From NCBI GenBank assembly GCA_964636375.1, contig CAZWRT010000002.1, positions 11,528 to 75,527 of the forward strand: 64,000 nucleotides of DNA, written 5' to 3'. Origin of the DNA: an uncultured Lachnobacterium sp. (GTDB taxonomy: Bacteria > Bacillota > Clostridia > Lachnospirales > Lachnospiraceae). The notes beneath the pieces were generated by a model. It had not been told where the DNA came from. It saw nothing but the letters and a program-made list of their open reading frames with translations, and ran no database searches. Below are positions 1-9,998 of the stretch, piece by piece. The translations under genes and the position numbers were made by a program. The number at the start of each line of letters is the position of its first letter. Position 1 is the stretch's first letter.

Positions 1-1566
1 AGAATCCCTCACCAGGCCGTGGAAGAGCACTGTGTGGAAGGGAGCCTTTCCCATCTGCTCATAGCCGGAGAAAATCATACGGATGACCCAGAAGAAGATG
101 ATATCATAGCCCGTCACAAGCACATCGTTCGGGTAGAAGTAATCAAGCGCCTCCGTCTTCTCGGGCCAGCCGAGCGTCGAGAACGGCCACAGTGCGGAGG
201 AAAACCACGTGTCCAGCGTGTCCTCATCCTGCGTCATGTGTGTGCAGCCGCACTTCGGACACTTGCCCGGATTTTCAGCGGCAACCACCATCTCGCCGCA
301 GTCGTCGCAGTACCATGCGGGAATGCGGTGTCCCCACCAGAGCTGGCGGCTGATGCACCAGTCGCGGATATTGTCGGTCCAATTGAAATAGATCTTGTCC
401 ATGCGGCTCGGCAAAAGCCGGATCTCGCCGTTCTTCACGCCCTCAACCGCCGGCTTGATCATCTCGTCCATCTTCACGAACCACTGCTGTTTGATCATCG
501 GCTCCACCGTCGTGTGGCACCGGTCGTGTGTGCCCACATTGTGAGCGTGCGGCACCACCTTGACAAGAAGTCCCGCCTCCTCCAGATCTGCAACCAACGC
601 CTTACGGCACGCATAGCGGTCCATGCCCGCATATTTTCCGGCTTTCTCGTTCATGGTGGCATCGTCGCCTATCACGATGATTTCCTCCAGATTGTGCCGT
701 TTGCCGACCTCAAAGTCGTTGGGGTCGTGGGCGGGCGTAATCTTTACGCAGCCGGTTCCGAACTCCTTATCCACATAGGCGTCCGCGATGACCGGAATCT
801 GCCGTCCGGTTGTCGGGAGCTCCAGCATTTTTCCAATGATGTCCTGATAGCGCTCATCCTCCGGGTTCACCGCCACCGCGGTATCGCCGAACAGCGTCTC
901 CGGCCGGGTGGTCGCGATCTCGACAAAACGCCCTTCCTCTCCCACTACCGGATAGTTAATATGCCAGAAAAATCCGTCCTGCTCTTCGTGTTCTACCTCG
1001 GCGTCCGAGATCGATGTCTTACAGACCGGGCACCAGTTGATAATCCGCGAGCCCTTGTAAATCCAGTTTTTTTCGTAGAGCTTGATAAACACATCCTGCA
1101 CGGCCTTGGAACAGCCCTCGTCCATCGTAAAACGTTCGCGCTCCCAGTCCGCGGAGGAGCCCAGCTTGCGAAGCTGCCTGACGATGCGTCCGCCGTATTC
1201 CTCTCTCCACGCCCAGCATTTTTCCAGAAACTCCTCGCGGGTCAGATCCGATTTTTCAATTCCCTGCTCCTTTAACGACTCGATAACCTTCACCTCTGTC
1301 GCGATGGAGGCGTGATCCGTTCCCGGCTGCCAGAGCGCATTGTACCCCTGCATCCTCTTGTAGCGGATCAGGATGTCCTGCATCGTGTTGTCCAGCGCAT
1401 GTCCCATATGAAGCTGTCCGGTGATATTGGGCGGCGGCATCACAATCGTGAACGGCTTTCTGCTCCTGTCCACCTCTGCGTGGAAATAGCCGTTGTCTTC
1501 CCATTTTTTGTATAAGTGATCCTCTATATTTTTGGGATCGTAGGTTTTGCTCAATTCTCTGTTCAT
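1..1566 (-). CDS. valS: Valine--tRNA ligase, N-terminal part (continues beyond window start)
   Basis: Not in the ORF track because it runs off the edge. Manual translation from ATG 1566 gives [28 protein letters not shown]...[22 protein letters not shown]...[11 protein letters not shown] (class I HIGH-like HMGH, ValRS pattern); AAGGAGG RBS at 1571-1578; upstream T-box. Confidence 0.97.
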   Translation of the reverse strand, partial: MNRELSKTYDPKNIEDHLYKKWEDNGYFHAEVDRSRKPFTIVMPPPNITGQLHMGHALDNTMQDILIRYKRMQGYNALWQPGTDHASIATEVKVIESLKEQGIEKSDLTREEFLEKCWAWREEYGGRIVRQLRKLGSSADWERERFTMDEGCSKAVQDVFIKLYEKNWIYKGSRIINWCPVCKTSISDAEVEHEEQDGFFWHINYPVVGEEGRFVEIATTRPETLFGDTAVAVNPEDERYQDIIGKMLELPTTGRQIPVIADAYVDKEFGTGCVKITPAHDPNDFEVGKRHNLEEIIVIGDDATMNEKAGKYAGMDRYACRKALVADLEEAGLLVKVVPHAHNVGTHDRCHTTVEPMIKQQWFVKMDEMIKPAVEGVKNGEIRLLPSRMDKIYFNWTDNIRDWCISRQLWWGHRIPAWYCDDCGEMVVAAENPGKCPKCGCTHMTQDEDTLDTWFSSALWPFSTLGWPEKTEALDYFYPNDVLVTGYDIIFFWVIRMIFSGYEQMGKAPFHTVLFHGLVRDS

Positions 1567-1585
1567 GCTGTCCTCCTTAATAGTT

Positions 1586-1661
1586 AAAAGCCCTCCATGT
1601 ACATCCGTACATGAAGGGCGAATAATCGCGGTACCACCTTCGTTCGCCGAATCCCTCCGGC
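1586..1661 (-). promoter_or_regulatory. T-box antiterminator/terminator (short leader) upstream of valS
   Basis: Minus strand GAAGG-TGGTACC-GCG-ATTATT-CGC-CCTTC forms the antiterminator with the 7-nt UGGUACC bulge (T-box 1627-1640); alternative terminator GCCCTTCATGTAC/GTACATGGAGGGC-TTTT at 1586-1619; stem III-like hairpin at 1646-1661. Confidence 0.85.
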
Positions 1662-1693
1662 ATCTCGCATCAGCCGCTGCACATGTTTAAATA

Positions 1694-1722
1694 ATCATAC
1701 TTGTACGCTATCATTTTGTCAA
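1694..1722 (-). promoter_or_regulatory. Sigma-A promoter for valS
   Basis: TTGACA (1722-1717), 17 bp, TATGAT (1699-1694); the -35 overlaps the tetR stop codon. Confidence 0.7.
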
Positions 1723-2369
1723 GCGCAAATTTCCAGGGATTTCACCATCGTCTGATAGACGTGCTCACGCATTTTTGTATACTCCATCGAAAAGAAGGAC
1801 TGCTCCACCTTTTCGTCGAGCGTCAGCGCAATCTGAAATACCATGGTTGCAAACGCCAGCCTGCGCTTGACAGAATCCGTCTCCGCAAAAACACCTTCAA
1901 GATATCCCTGCTCCATAATCGCGTCTCCCGCTGTGAGCAGATAGGTGCGCAGTCCCTCCAGCGACTCATCCGTAAACTTATCCCGCAGCGTCTGGCACAA
2001 ATCCTGCCCGCCGGCAGAGAGATGCAGCATGCGCAGGAAGGTCATATGGTAACTGCTGCTGTCATGCAGCCAGTCCATAATGCAGAATATCTTATCCCGA
2101 AAATGCCCCACCCCGTCCATCAGCGCTTTCAGCTCTGCTATCTTTACACTGTAGTCATAGAGCAGTGCCAGTGTGATCAGCTCCTCCTTGGAGGAAAAAT
2201 ATTCGTAGGCCGTGCCCTTTCCGATACCGGCCCGCGCAGTGATATCCTGCACGGTCAGACTCCCGATATCCGTCTTCTCATTCAGAAAATCATTCACCGC
2301 CTGAAACATCAGACGAACCTTCTCCGGCGGCTCTGAAAAATTCTTTAAATCGAATTTTGCACCGCTCAT
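1719..2369 (-). CDS. TetR/AcrR family transcriptional regulator
   Basis: N-terminal HTH TVQDITARAGIGKGTAYEYFSSKEEL; abuts the RND gene. Confidence 0.92.
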   Translation of the reverse strand: MSGAKFDLKNFSEPPEKVRLMFQAVNDFLNEKTDIGSLTVQDITARAGIGKGTAYEYFSSKEELITLALLYDYSVKIAELKALMDGVGHFRDKIFCIMDWLHDSSSYHMTFLRMLHLSAGGQDLCQTLRDKFTDESLEGLRTYLLTAGDAIMEQGYLEGVFAETDSVKRRLAFATMVFQIALTLDEKVEQSFFSMEYTKMREHVYQTMVKSLEICA

Positions 2370-5300
2370 TTATAATTCCTCCTCCACCATACTTTTCTCG
2401 CGGTTGAATGCGTCATAAATACACGGGATTACGATCATCGTCAAAAGGGTTCCATAAATCATTCCGCCGATAATGGCCACCGCCATCGGTTTCATCATAC
2501 GCGCGCCCTGCTGGCGGCTCAGCGCGGAGGTGGACATTGCGAGGATCGTGGTGAGCGCCGTCATGAGGATCGGACGAAGCCTCGTCTTGCCTGCCTCTAT
2601 GATCGCCTCCTTCTTTCCGACGCCCTCCCTGCGCATCTGGTTAATATAATCGATCAAAACAATACCGTTGTTTACGATCAGTCCTGCCAGCATGATAAAT
2701 CCAAGCATGGAGGTGATGCTAACCGGCTCGCCGGTGACGAACAGTCCGATAAAACCGCCTGTGAACGCCAGCGGGATCGTAAACATAATGATAAACGGCG
2801 ACAGCAGCGACTGGAACTGTGCGACCATGATCAGGTAAATAAACACAACCGCAAGCAGCAGCATCAAAACCATCTGGCTCATCGAATCGTTGATTGTCTC
2901 ATCCTCTCCCGCCATCTCCACGGAATACCCCTCCGGGATGTTCAGCTTATTAAGCTCCTTCTGAACCGCGTCGCTGACAAGGGTCACATTGTGCTCCTCG
3001 TCAATTCTGCAGGATACCGTCAGATAGCGAATCTGGGCTTCGCGCCGGATCGTAGAAAGTGTCGTGGAGGTCTCCATTTTACAGATATCGGTGAGCGGAA
3101 TTTCTTTCTTTTCCCCCTCCTTGTCCGTGTGGGTAAACGTCAGATTCCTGATATCCGCCAGCGTCGGTTTTGCCTGTTCCTCCGACCGCAGGAACACCTC
3201 ATAGTCCTTGATGTCGCCGGAGACCGTCGTCGCGCTTGTCGCATCCGCCATCTTGGCATAGACGATCTGGAACACCTGCGCGACCGTCAGTCCGTACTCC
3301 GCCGCCTTCTCCTTATCCACCTGGATGGAGAGCTGGGGCACCGTGTTGTCCAGCCCGTCCTGCACTTCTGTCGTTCCCTCGGTTCTGCTCAAAATATCCG
3401 CCACATCCACCGCAATCTTCTGTAACGTGGCAATGTCATTTCCCTTGATGTTCACGGAAAGACCCTGGCCGAAAAAGGCGCTGAAATCCATTGAGGAGCT
3501 GTCAGTCTTGACGACATATTCCAGATCCTTCGTGCGCTCCTGGATTTCCTTTTCCACATCGGAGAGCAGCACACCGCTCTCCTCGTCCAGGAGCAGATAC
3601 ATGGATACGCTGTCGCTCCCGCCGCTCAACAGGCTCATGGTTGAGCTGCGCCCGATCGAGGCGGCGATCGTGCCGATGCCCTCAATATCGGAAATGCGTC
3701 CGATCACCTCCGTAGAGGCATTCTTTAACTCGTCAAAGGTATAGGTCTCCCCTTCCGGCGCCTCAATGCTCACCGAGAGCTGATTGGTCTCCATATCCAT
3801 ATCCATGAAGATCATGCCTCTGGACATCGCCAGGAAAAAGCTCCCCACCAGAAGGCCTATCGCCACGAGGAAGACTACCGGCTTAAAGCGAAGGCAGCCC
3901 TTTAAGAATTTCGCATAGCCGCTCTTTACGGCGTCGAACCACGGATGGCGGATCTCCCGCGTCCGTTTCATCGTCGCGATGGACATCGCAGGCACAAAGG
4001 TCAGGGCCACCACAAGGCTTGCAACCAGTGTGAAAGCGATCGTCAGCGCCAGGTCCACGAAGAGCTGTCTCGTAATGCCCTCCGTAAAGATAATCGGCGC
4101 ATACACACTGACTGTAGTGAGCGTGGACGCGACAATTGCTCCCGCCACCTGCGAGGAGCCCTCCACCGCCGCTTTTTTGACAGAAAGCCCCTCTCCGCGC
4201 ATACGGTAAATATTCTCAATGACAACGATCGAGTTGTCCACGAGCATTCCGATGCCCAGAAGCAGTCCGGACATGGAGATAATATTCAGCGAAATATCCG
4301 TAAAGTACATGAGCACAATCGCCGTAATCACGGACAGCGGAATCGAGCACGCGATCACGAGCGTCGGCTTTAAATCCTTCAGGAATATAAGCAGCACGAT
4401 GACGGCGAGCAGCGCCCCCCAGATCATGTTGCTCACCACGCTGTTGACGATCAGATCAATATAGATGCCCTGATTCATCAGAGTGGTGAGGTGCAGGTTT
4501 TCATTTGCCTTCATGAGGCTCTCAAAACGGTCCAGAATCCGGTCCGTGACTTCCCCGGTGGAATAGCCGGTCTGCTTTTCCATGGATATCGTAATGCCCG
4601 GGTTTCCGTTGATGATAGCGTAGGTCTCATCGGAATTGTCCTTCATCTCGATGTCTGCCACATCTGAGAGCCGGATTTCCTTCACCTCGTCCATCCCGAG
4701 GTTGATCAGAACCAGATCCCTCAAATCCTCAATGTTCTTCACTGCCTCGCCGACACGGACCAGATACTGGGTATCCTCATCCATGACATAGCCTGCCGGC
4801 ATATCAAAATTCTGCGCGGTAAACAGCCCCTTGATCGTGTCCATCGACAGAATCTGTTTGATGTCGGCAGACTGATACGCATTGTCCTTCGCCTCGTTCA
4901 GCGATGACTGCGCGCTCTCTAAGGAGGCTGCCGCATTGGCGAGCTCCGCGGAGCTGCTGCTCATCTGGATGGCAGCCAATGCCGCATTGGCATTGAGGGT
5001 ATCCAGCGCCTTGGACAGGGTGATTTTCCCCTGCTCAATCTGCACCAGCGCGCTCTCAATCGTCGTAATACCGGTGTTCACCTGTGTGAGCATTCCGCCC
5101 ACCGTCGCCGCTGCCATGGGAATATCCTCATATGTCTTAACGGTAATTCCAAGCTCGGTCATACCCGCAAACTGCTCTGCGATAACAGCATTTAACGCCT
5201 GAATCTGCGCCTGCACCTCCGGGAGCTGTGCTGCCTGCGGGTTCTCCTCCATCATTGTGACGATTCCGGTGTAAACATCGGACTTCATGAACGCGGAGAT

Positions 5301-6128
5301 CCCGGACTGAATCGCAGCAAGCGATTCCTTCTGCTGATTCAGCTCCTTTAGCTGCCCGTTTAAATCCGCCTCGTTCTTATACAGCTCATCCTGCTGGTTC
5401 AACGCCTCCTGAATGGCGCTCTTTAGGTCATCCGACCCGGAATTGAGTGCATCCTGCCCGTTTTTCACCTCGCTCGACGCATCGTCGAGATTCTTCTGGG
5501 CATCGACAAACTGCTTGTCGATCGACGCGCGGATCTTCTCGTTGAGCTTCGCGATTTTTTCATCGTTCAACGTTACCTGTATCCGCTCCTCCAGCTGTCC
5601 GGTGGCATTCACGGACGCCACTCCCTCCAGACTCTCGAGACTGGGGATCAGCTCGTGGTCCACATAATTGGACAGCTCCGTGGCGCTCATATTGTCCACA
5701 TCCACTGCGGCCACCAGCACCGGCAGCATATCCGGATTGATCTGCATAATCATCGGAGTTCCCACAGTGTCTCCCCAGCTGCCCGAGATCTGGTCCAGTT
5801 TCTGCTGAATCTCGATAACCACGGAGTCCATGTTCGCCTTCTGCTCGTACTCACAGGTCACAATGGAGACGCTGTTGTATGAAATCGAACCGATATTCTT
5901 GATATTGGAGGTGGTTGCCATTGCCGCCTCGATCGGAGCCGTCACCTCACTCTCCACCTTCTCCGGACTCGCGCCGACATCCGTCGTGATAATCAGTGCG
6001 TACTGAAAACTCATATCCGGGAACAGATCCGTCGTCATCCTCGTAATCGACACCACTCCGAGCACAATGACGAGAACCACACATACCAGAACGGTATACG
6101 GCCGTTTCACACTGTATTTCGATATCAT
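2370..6128 (-). CDS. RND-family (AcrB/SwrC-like) efflux permease with long coiled-coil insertion
   Basis: MISKYSVKRP start after GGAGG; RND motifs GMLVDNSIVVIENI, VNNGIVLID, RLRPILMT; helical insert at about aa 215-440. Confidence 0.93.
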   Translation of the reverse strand: MISKYSVKRPYTVLVCVVLVIVLGVVSITRMTTDLFPDMSFQYALIITTDVGASPEKVESEVTAPIEAAMATTSNIKNIGSISYNSVSIVTCEYEQKANMDSVVIEIQQKLDQISGSWGDTVGTPMIMQINPDMLPVLVAAVDVDNMSATELSNYVDHELIPSLESLEGVASVNATGQLEERIQVTLNDEKIAKLNEKIRASIDKQFVDAQKNLDDASSEVKNGQDALNSGSDDLKSAIQEALNQQDELYKNEADLNGQLKELNQQKESLAAIQSGISAFMKSDVYTGIVTMMEENPQAAQLPEVQAQIQALNAVIAEQFAGMTELGITVKTYEDIPMAAATVGGMLTQVNTGITTIESALVQIEQGKITLSKALDTLNANAALAAIQMSSSSAELANAAASLESAQSSLNEAKDNAYQSADIKQILSMDTIKGLFTAQNFDMPAGYVMDEDTQYLVRVGEAVKNIEDLRDLVLINLGMDEVKEIRLSDVADIEMKDNSDETYAIINGNPGITISMEKQTGYSTGEVTDRILDRFESLMKANENLHLTTLMNQGIYIDLIVNSVVSNMIWGALLAVIVLLIFLKDLKPTLVIACSIPLSVITAIVLMYFTDISLNIISMSGLLLGIGMLVDNSIVVIENIYRMRGEGLSVKKAAVEGSSQVAGAIVASTLTTVSVYAPIIFTEGITRQLFVDLALTIAFTLVASLVVALTFVPAMSIATMKRTREIRHPWFDAVKSGYAKFLKGCLRFKPVVFLVAIGLLVGSFFLAMSRGMIFMDMDMETNQLSVSIEAPEGETYTFDELKNASTEVIGRISDIEGIGTIAASIGRSSTMSLLSGGSDSVSMYLLLDEESGVLLSDVEKEIQERTKDLEYVVKTDSSSMDFSAFFGQGLSVNIKGNDIATLQKIAVDVADILSRTEGTTEVQDGLDNTVPQLSIQVDKEKAAEYGLTVAQVFQIVYAKMADATSATTVSGDIKDYEVFLRSEEQAKPTLADIRNLTFTHTDKEGEKKEIPLTDICKMETSTTLSTIRREAQIRYLTVSCRIDEEHNVTLVSDAVQKELNKLNIPEGYSVEMAGEDETINDSMSQMVLMLLLAVVFIYLIMVAQFQSLLSPFIIMFTIPLAFTGGFIGLFVTGEPVSITSMLGFIMLAGLIVNNGIVLIDYINQMRREGVGKKEAIIEAGKTRLRPILMTALTTILAMSTSALSRQQGARMMKPMAVAIIGGMIYGTLLTMIVIPCIYDAFNREKSMVEEEL

Positions 6129-6155
6129 ATGTATTCCTCCTGATAAACTGTTTTT

Positions 6156-6171
6156 GACCGACCGGTCGGTC
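6156..6171. promoter_or_regulatory. Putative TetR operator (perfect 16-bp palindrome GACCGACCGGTCGGTC)
   Basis: Perfect inverted repeat between the promoter (TTGAAA 6214-6209, 16 bp, TATAAT 6192-6187) and the RND RBS. Confidence 0.75.
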
Positions 6172-6258
6172 GGAAAGTTATTTCTCATTATACTCCATGC
6201 TTTGTATTTTTCAAGGTTCTTCCCAAGATTTTAGAATTAATTTATAAGTTTGTGAGGA

Positions 6259-6287
6259 TTGCTGTTGCAGGATAAATATGATATAAT
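6259..6287 (+). promoter_or_regulatory. Sigma-A promoter for PilZ gene
   Basis: TTGCTG, 17 bp, TATAAT with extended TG. Confidence 0.55.
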
Positions 6288-6327
6288 GGACGACGGTATC
6301 ACAGTTCACACACGATAGGGAGGCCTT

Positions 6328-7044
6328 ATGCGCATTAACGAATTGCCGGCAGAGAGCCAGCTGACCATTACAGCCTATACCGAGGACAAAAAGGCAGAGC
6401 TTGAGAGCGAGGTCATTGCTCTCTCAGAGAATGATCTCCTTTACATATCCGCCATTCTGGGATTGACCCAGTTCCGCTACGCAACGGCCGTCTCGCTGTT
6501 TACAAACGACAAGCAGGTCATCAATTTCTCTGCGCCTAACGTACAGTACGACTGCATCGGCATCGTGGACAACCTTCCCTACAGCTGGGAGCGTGTCATG
6601 ATCGAGAAACATGACCTGCCGGACGCGGGCACACACCATCTGGTCTTCTCCAACTCCAACGCCCACTCCATCAACCGCAGGAAGGATTTCCGCCTCTGGC
6701 TCGGGAAAGACTGTACGCTGAGCTACGGCTCCCCCGCCGAGAGCCAGCACGGCACGATTAAAGATATCTCTGTGACCGGCATCGGAATCATTGTCAGCTC
6801 AAAGGTGGAGATCAGCCTTGGCACTCGCATCAAGGTACAGTTTTCCGAGGTGCGCACAACGAGCGACGGAGAGGAGGAGAAGACCGTTTACATTCTCTTC
6901 GCACAGCCAGTCCGCTGCGCCCCGGTCAACGAGGGCAGCCAGATTATCGGCTGCCGAATCCTCGAGGCGGGCCGCGACTACGTCAACTATCTCTACAAGA
7001 AACAGCGGGAGGCAATGCAGCGCGAAAAAGGGACGGATCTGTGA
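6328..7044 (+). CDS. PilZ domain-containing protein (c-di-GMP receptor)
   Basis: RxxxR (NRRKDFR) and DxSxxG (DISVTG) motifs; GGAGG RBS. Confidence 0.85.
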   Translation: MRINELPAESQLTITAYTEDKKAELESEVIALSENDLLYISAILGLTQFRYATAVSLFTNDKQVINFSAPNVQYDCIGIVDNLPYSWERVMIEKHDLPDAGTHHLVFSNSNAHSINRRKDFRLWLGKDCTLSYGSPAESQHGTIKDISVTGIGIIVSSKVEISLGTRIKVQFSEVRTTSDGEEEKTVYILFAQPVRCAPVNEGSQIIGCRILEAGRDYVNYLYKKQREAMQREKGTDL

Positions 7045-7060
7045 GTGTACGGCGTTCCTG

Positions 7061-9100
7061 CTACTCCCTGCTCTTCGCTCCGCTGACAATCTGATAGTAG
7101 GCGCCCGCCGTAATACGGTACACAACCACATAAAACAATGCAAATATAAGGAAACTGCCTGTCGTGGTGCAGACGAACAGCGTATGGTTATAGAGATTGA
7201 AGAGCAGCAGCAGTTTCTCGATGATCGGAAACGCAAATGCCAGATGCAGCCCCGCGCCAAAAAGCGGCAGGAAAAACACCGTGAGAAGCTGAGAATTGAT
7301 GCTCTTCCGGATATCTCTCTTGGTCATGCCGACCTTCTGCATAATCTCATACCGCGACTGGTCTTCATACCCTTCCGATACCTGCTTGTAGTAGATGATG
7401 AGGACCGCAGCAAAGATAAACACCATGCTGAGTATGATGCCAAGATAGAAGATTCCGCCGTATAAGGAATAGAAATCCGCCCTCTCAAATTCGCGGCTCT
7501 GAACAATAAATGTATAATGATCCTGGCCGTCTTGTTTCAGTTCTGCGAAAGTCTCCTTTATTTCCCTGTGCAGTTCAATGTCCTCCTCATCGTCAAGCGA
7601 GGTGTCAAAGCAGTAATTCCATTTGCCGTAAGTCATATCGTCGCCTGCCGCGTCAGTCAGGCCTTCCGAAGCGGCATAGATGTCCGGAACAATGACAAGA
7701 ATCGACGGCACGATGCTCATCGCCATATCACTGCTGATAAAGCACTCGCTCAAATGCTCCCTGACTTTATAGTGCTTTGCACCCTGAAAGCCAAATGTCG
7801 CGCCGTCAAAATTGATGCGGTAGGCGTATGTTAAAGCCTCGTCGGGAGCAAGTGTCACATCGCACCCCATCATGGCATTGTAATCTTCCAGCGGAACCAG
7901 ATAATACTGAACCAGATCCGAATAGCTGCCAATGTTGAACTCGTTAAACTCTGAGCTGTCATAGATCACATCACCGCCATTCAGCAATCCCGCAATTTCC
8001 ACCGTCCGATAATCGATTACCTGATCGCAGGCGGCGCCGTGCGCGTTCACTACACTGTTTATGGTATCCCGGAAAAACGCAGTGTCTTCATTGGTCATAT
8101 GCTTGTTTTCATGCAGACGGAACTCTGTGTTGATCTCCCTTGGATAGCGGCTGCGGACCATGTCCTCGCCCCCGATAAAGAGCGCCGAGGTGGAGGCGAT
8201 CATGACGAGCACCATGGTCGCCAGAATGCAGATCGAGGCAAGACCGGCTCCGTTTCGTTTCATGCGGTACACCATGGAGGAGACGGATACAAAGTGGTTG
8301 GGCTTATAATAATAGCCCTTTCTCTTCTGCAGGATGCGGCAGAACCAGACCGAGCCTGCAATCATAATGAGATACGTGGCGGCAATCACCATGAGCACCG
8401 CGAGAAAAAAGACCAGAATCGCCGATACCGGGTCTTTGATCGTCACGGAAATGTAGTACGCTGCGCCAAGAACAAGAAATCCAAGAATTCCAAACAGCCA
8501 GTTCGCCTTCGGCGGTTTCTCGCCGGCAGTTTCACTGCGCAGCAGAGAAATGGCATTTGAGAACCATAGCTGCCGCAGAGAATTCAAAAACAACAGAAAG
8601 AAAATAACAGCAAACGGAATTACCGTGAAAATAACGCCCTCTATAGAAATCGAGAGTGTATAGCTGATTTTTCCCTCCATAATATTGACGATGCCAAGCT
8701 CCGCCAGCTTCGAGATGGCAAATCCACCGATCAATCCCGGCACCATCGAAAACAGAGCGACAAAAACGGACTCCCACAGGAGGATCAGCCCGATATTTTT
8801 CTTGCCCATCCCAAGGATATTGTAAAGCCCGAATTCCTTTTTCCTGCGCCGCATCAGAAAGGAGTTCGTATAGGACAAAAAAAGGAGCGAAAAGAATATC
8901 AGGATATAGACGCCAAGGTTCATAAATTCCTGAATGAGCGATCCCCCCCGCAAATTTGTGATCGCCTTCGCGGTCTTCAGGTAAGTGATGATATAGGTCA
9001 TCATCACCATACCGATACAGGTGAGGATATAGGGCGGATACATGCGCTTATTCTTTCTGATGCCGTCCAGTGCCAGTTTCGGGTAAAATCCGATTTTCAT
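7061..9100 (-). CDS. BceB-type (FtsX-like) ABC transporter permease, antimicrobial peptide resistance
   Basis: 679 aa, multi-TM with large extracellular loop, RRKKEFGLYNILGM motif; beside ATPase and TCS. Confidence 0.9.
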   Translation of the reverse strand: MKIGFYPKLALDGIRKNKRMYPPYILTCIGMVMMTYIITYLKTAKAITNLRGGSLIQEFMNLGVYILIFFSLLFLSYTNSFLMRRRKKEFGLYNILGMGKKNIGLILLWESVFVALFSMVPGLIGGFAISKLAELGIVNIMEGKISYTLSISIEGVIFTVIPFAVIFFLLFLNSLRQLWFSNAISLLRSETAGEKPPKANWLFGILGFLVLGAAYYISVTIKDPVSAILVFFLAVLMVIAATYLIMIAGSVWFCRILQKRKGYYYKPNHFVSVSSMVYRMKRNGAGLASICILATMVLVMIASTSALFIGGEDMVRSRYPREINTEFRLHENKHMTNEDTAFFRDTINSVVNAHGAACDQVIDYRTVEIAGLLNGGDVIYDSSEFNEFNIGSYSDLVQYYLVPLEDYNAMMGCDVTLAPDEALTYAYRINFDGATFGFQGAKHYKVREHLSECFISSDMAMSIVPSILVIVPDIYAASEGLTDAAGDDMTYGKWNYCFDTSLDDEEDIELHREIKETFAELKQDGQDHYTFIVQSREFERADFYSLYGGIFYLGIILSMVFIFAAVLIIYYKQVSEGYEDQSRYEIMQKVGMTKRDIRKSINSQLLTVFFLPLFGAGLHLAFAFPIIEKLLLLFNLYNHTLFVCTTTGSFLIFALFYVVVYRITAGAYYQIVSGAKSRE

Positions 9101-9861
9101 CTGCGCTCACCTCCCGTCGCGAGTAATGTGAGCGTGTGGGTAATTTTCTGGTACATCTGCTCGTCACTGTCGTCTCCGCGATAGATCTGATGATAGACCT
9201 CGCCATCCTTAATAAATAAAACACGACCCGCTACGCTGGCCGCCCTGACCGAGTGCGTCACCATCAGAATGGTCTGGCCGGACTGATTCACTTCTCCGAA
9301 CATGCGCAGCAGCTCGTCCGTAGCCTTGGAGTCGAGCGCTCCGGTTGGCTCATCCGCAAGGATAATCCTCGGATTCGTGATCATTGCCCGCGCAACAGCC
9401 GCCCTCTGTTTCTGACCACCCGACACCTCGTAAGGATATTTCTTCAAGAGCTCCGCAATACCAAGCTTTGCGGCGATGGGCTGCAGTCTTAAAAACATCT
9501 CTTTGTAATTCTTTCCGGCAAGCACCAGCGGAAGATAAATATTATCCTCCAGGGTAAAGGTGTCCAGCAGATTAAAATCCTGAAACACAAAGCCGAGATT
9601 GTCACGCCGAAACGCGGAAATCATTGACTCCTTGATTTTCGAAAAGTCATTCCCGTCTAAGACTACACTGCCGGACGTCGGCTTGTCGAGCGCCGCTAAA
9701 ATATTTAAGAGGGTCGTTTTTCCCGAACCCGACTCGCCCATAATGGCGACATATTCGCCCTCCTCCACTGAAAAATTCACATTTTTTAAAGCTTCCACTT
9801 TATTGCCGCCGAGGCGGGTGGAATAGATCTTTTTTAAGCCCCTTACTTCAAGAATACTCAT
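9097..9861 (-). CDS. BceA-type ABC transporter ATP-binding protein
   Basis: Walker A GESGSGKTT, signature VSGGQKQR, ADEPTGALD; start chosen by RBS spacing (9870 alternative). Confidence 0.93.
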   Translation of the reverse strand: MSILEVRGLKKIYSTRLGGNKVEALKNVNFSVEEGEYVAIMGESGSGKTTLLNILAALDKPTSGSVVLDGNDFSKIKESMISAFRRDNLGFVFQDFNLLDTFTLEDNIYLPLVLAGKNYKEMFLRLQPIAAKLGIAELLKKYPYEVSGGQKQRAAVARAMITNPRIILADEPTGALDSKATDELLRMFGEVNQSGQTILMVTHSVRAASVAGRVLFIKDGEVYHQIYRGDDSDEQMYQKITHTLTLLATGGERR

Positions 9862-9955
9862 TTTTTGCATCCTCCTTATCTTTTTGGGCTATCCCTTCCG
9901 GGATATCTCATAAGCCATTTTAGCAGGAACGGGAAATGCGACGCCATCGAATCGG

Positions 9956-9992
9956 CTTACATTTCCCGCTGTACTTCTTACACTTTTGTAAG
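9956..9992 (-). promoter_or_regulatory. BceR-type response-regulator binding site
   Basis: CTTACA-N4-TGTAAG palindrome at 9977-9992 plus half-site CTTACA at 9956-9961, 21 bp apart, upstream of the bceA-like gene. Confidence 0.75.
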
Positions 9993-9998
9993 ATATGA

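Noticed and set aside
19-1275. 418-aa plus-strand ORF antisense to valS
   Set aside because: No RBS or recognisable motif; typical shadow frame caused by codon bias of the real minus-strand gene
6288-6327. c-di-GMP riboswitch before the PilZ gene
   Set aside because: Leader is about 35 nt and lacks recognisable aptamer motifs
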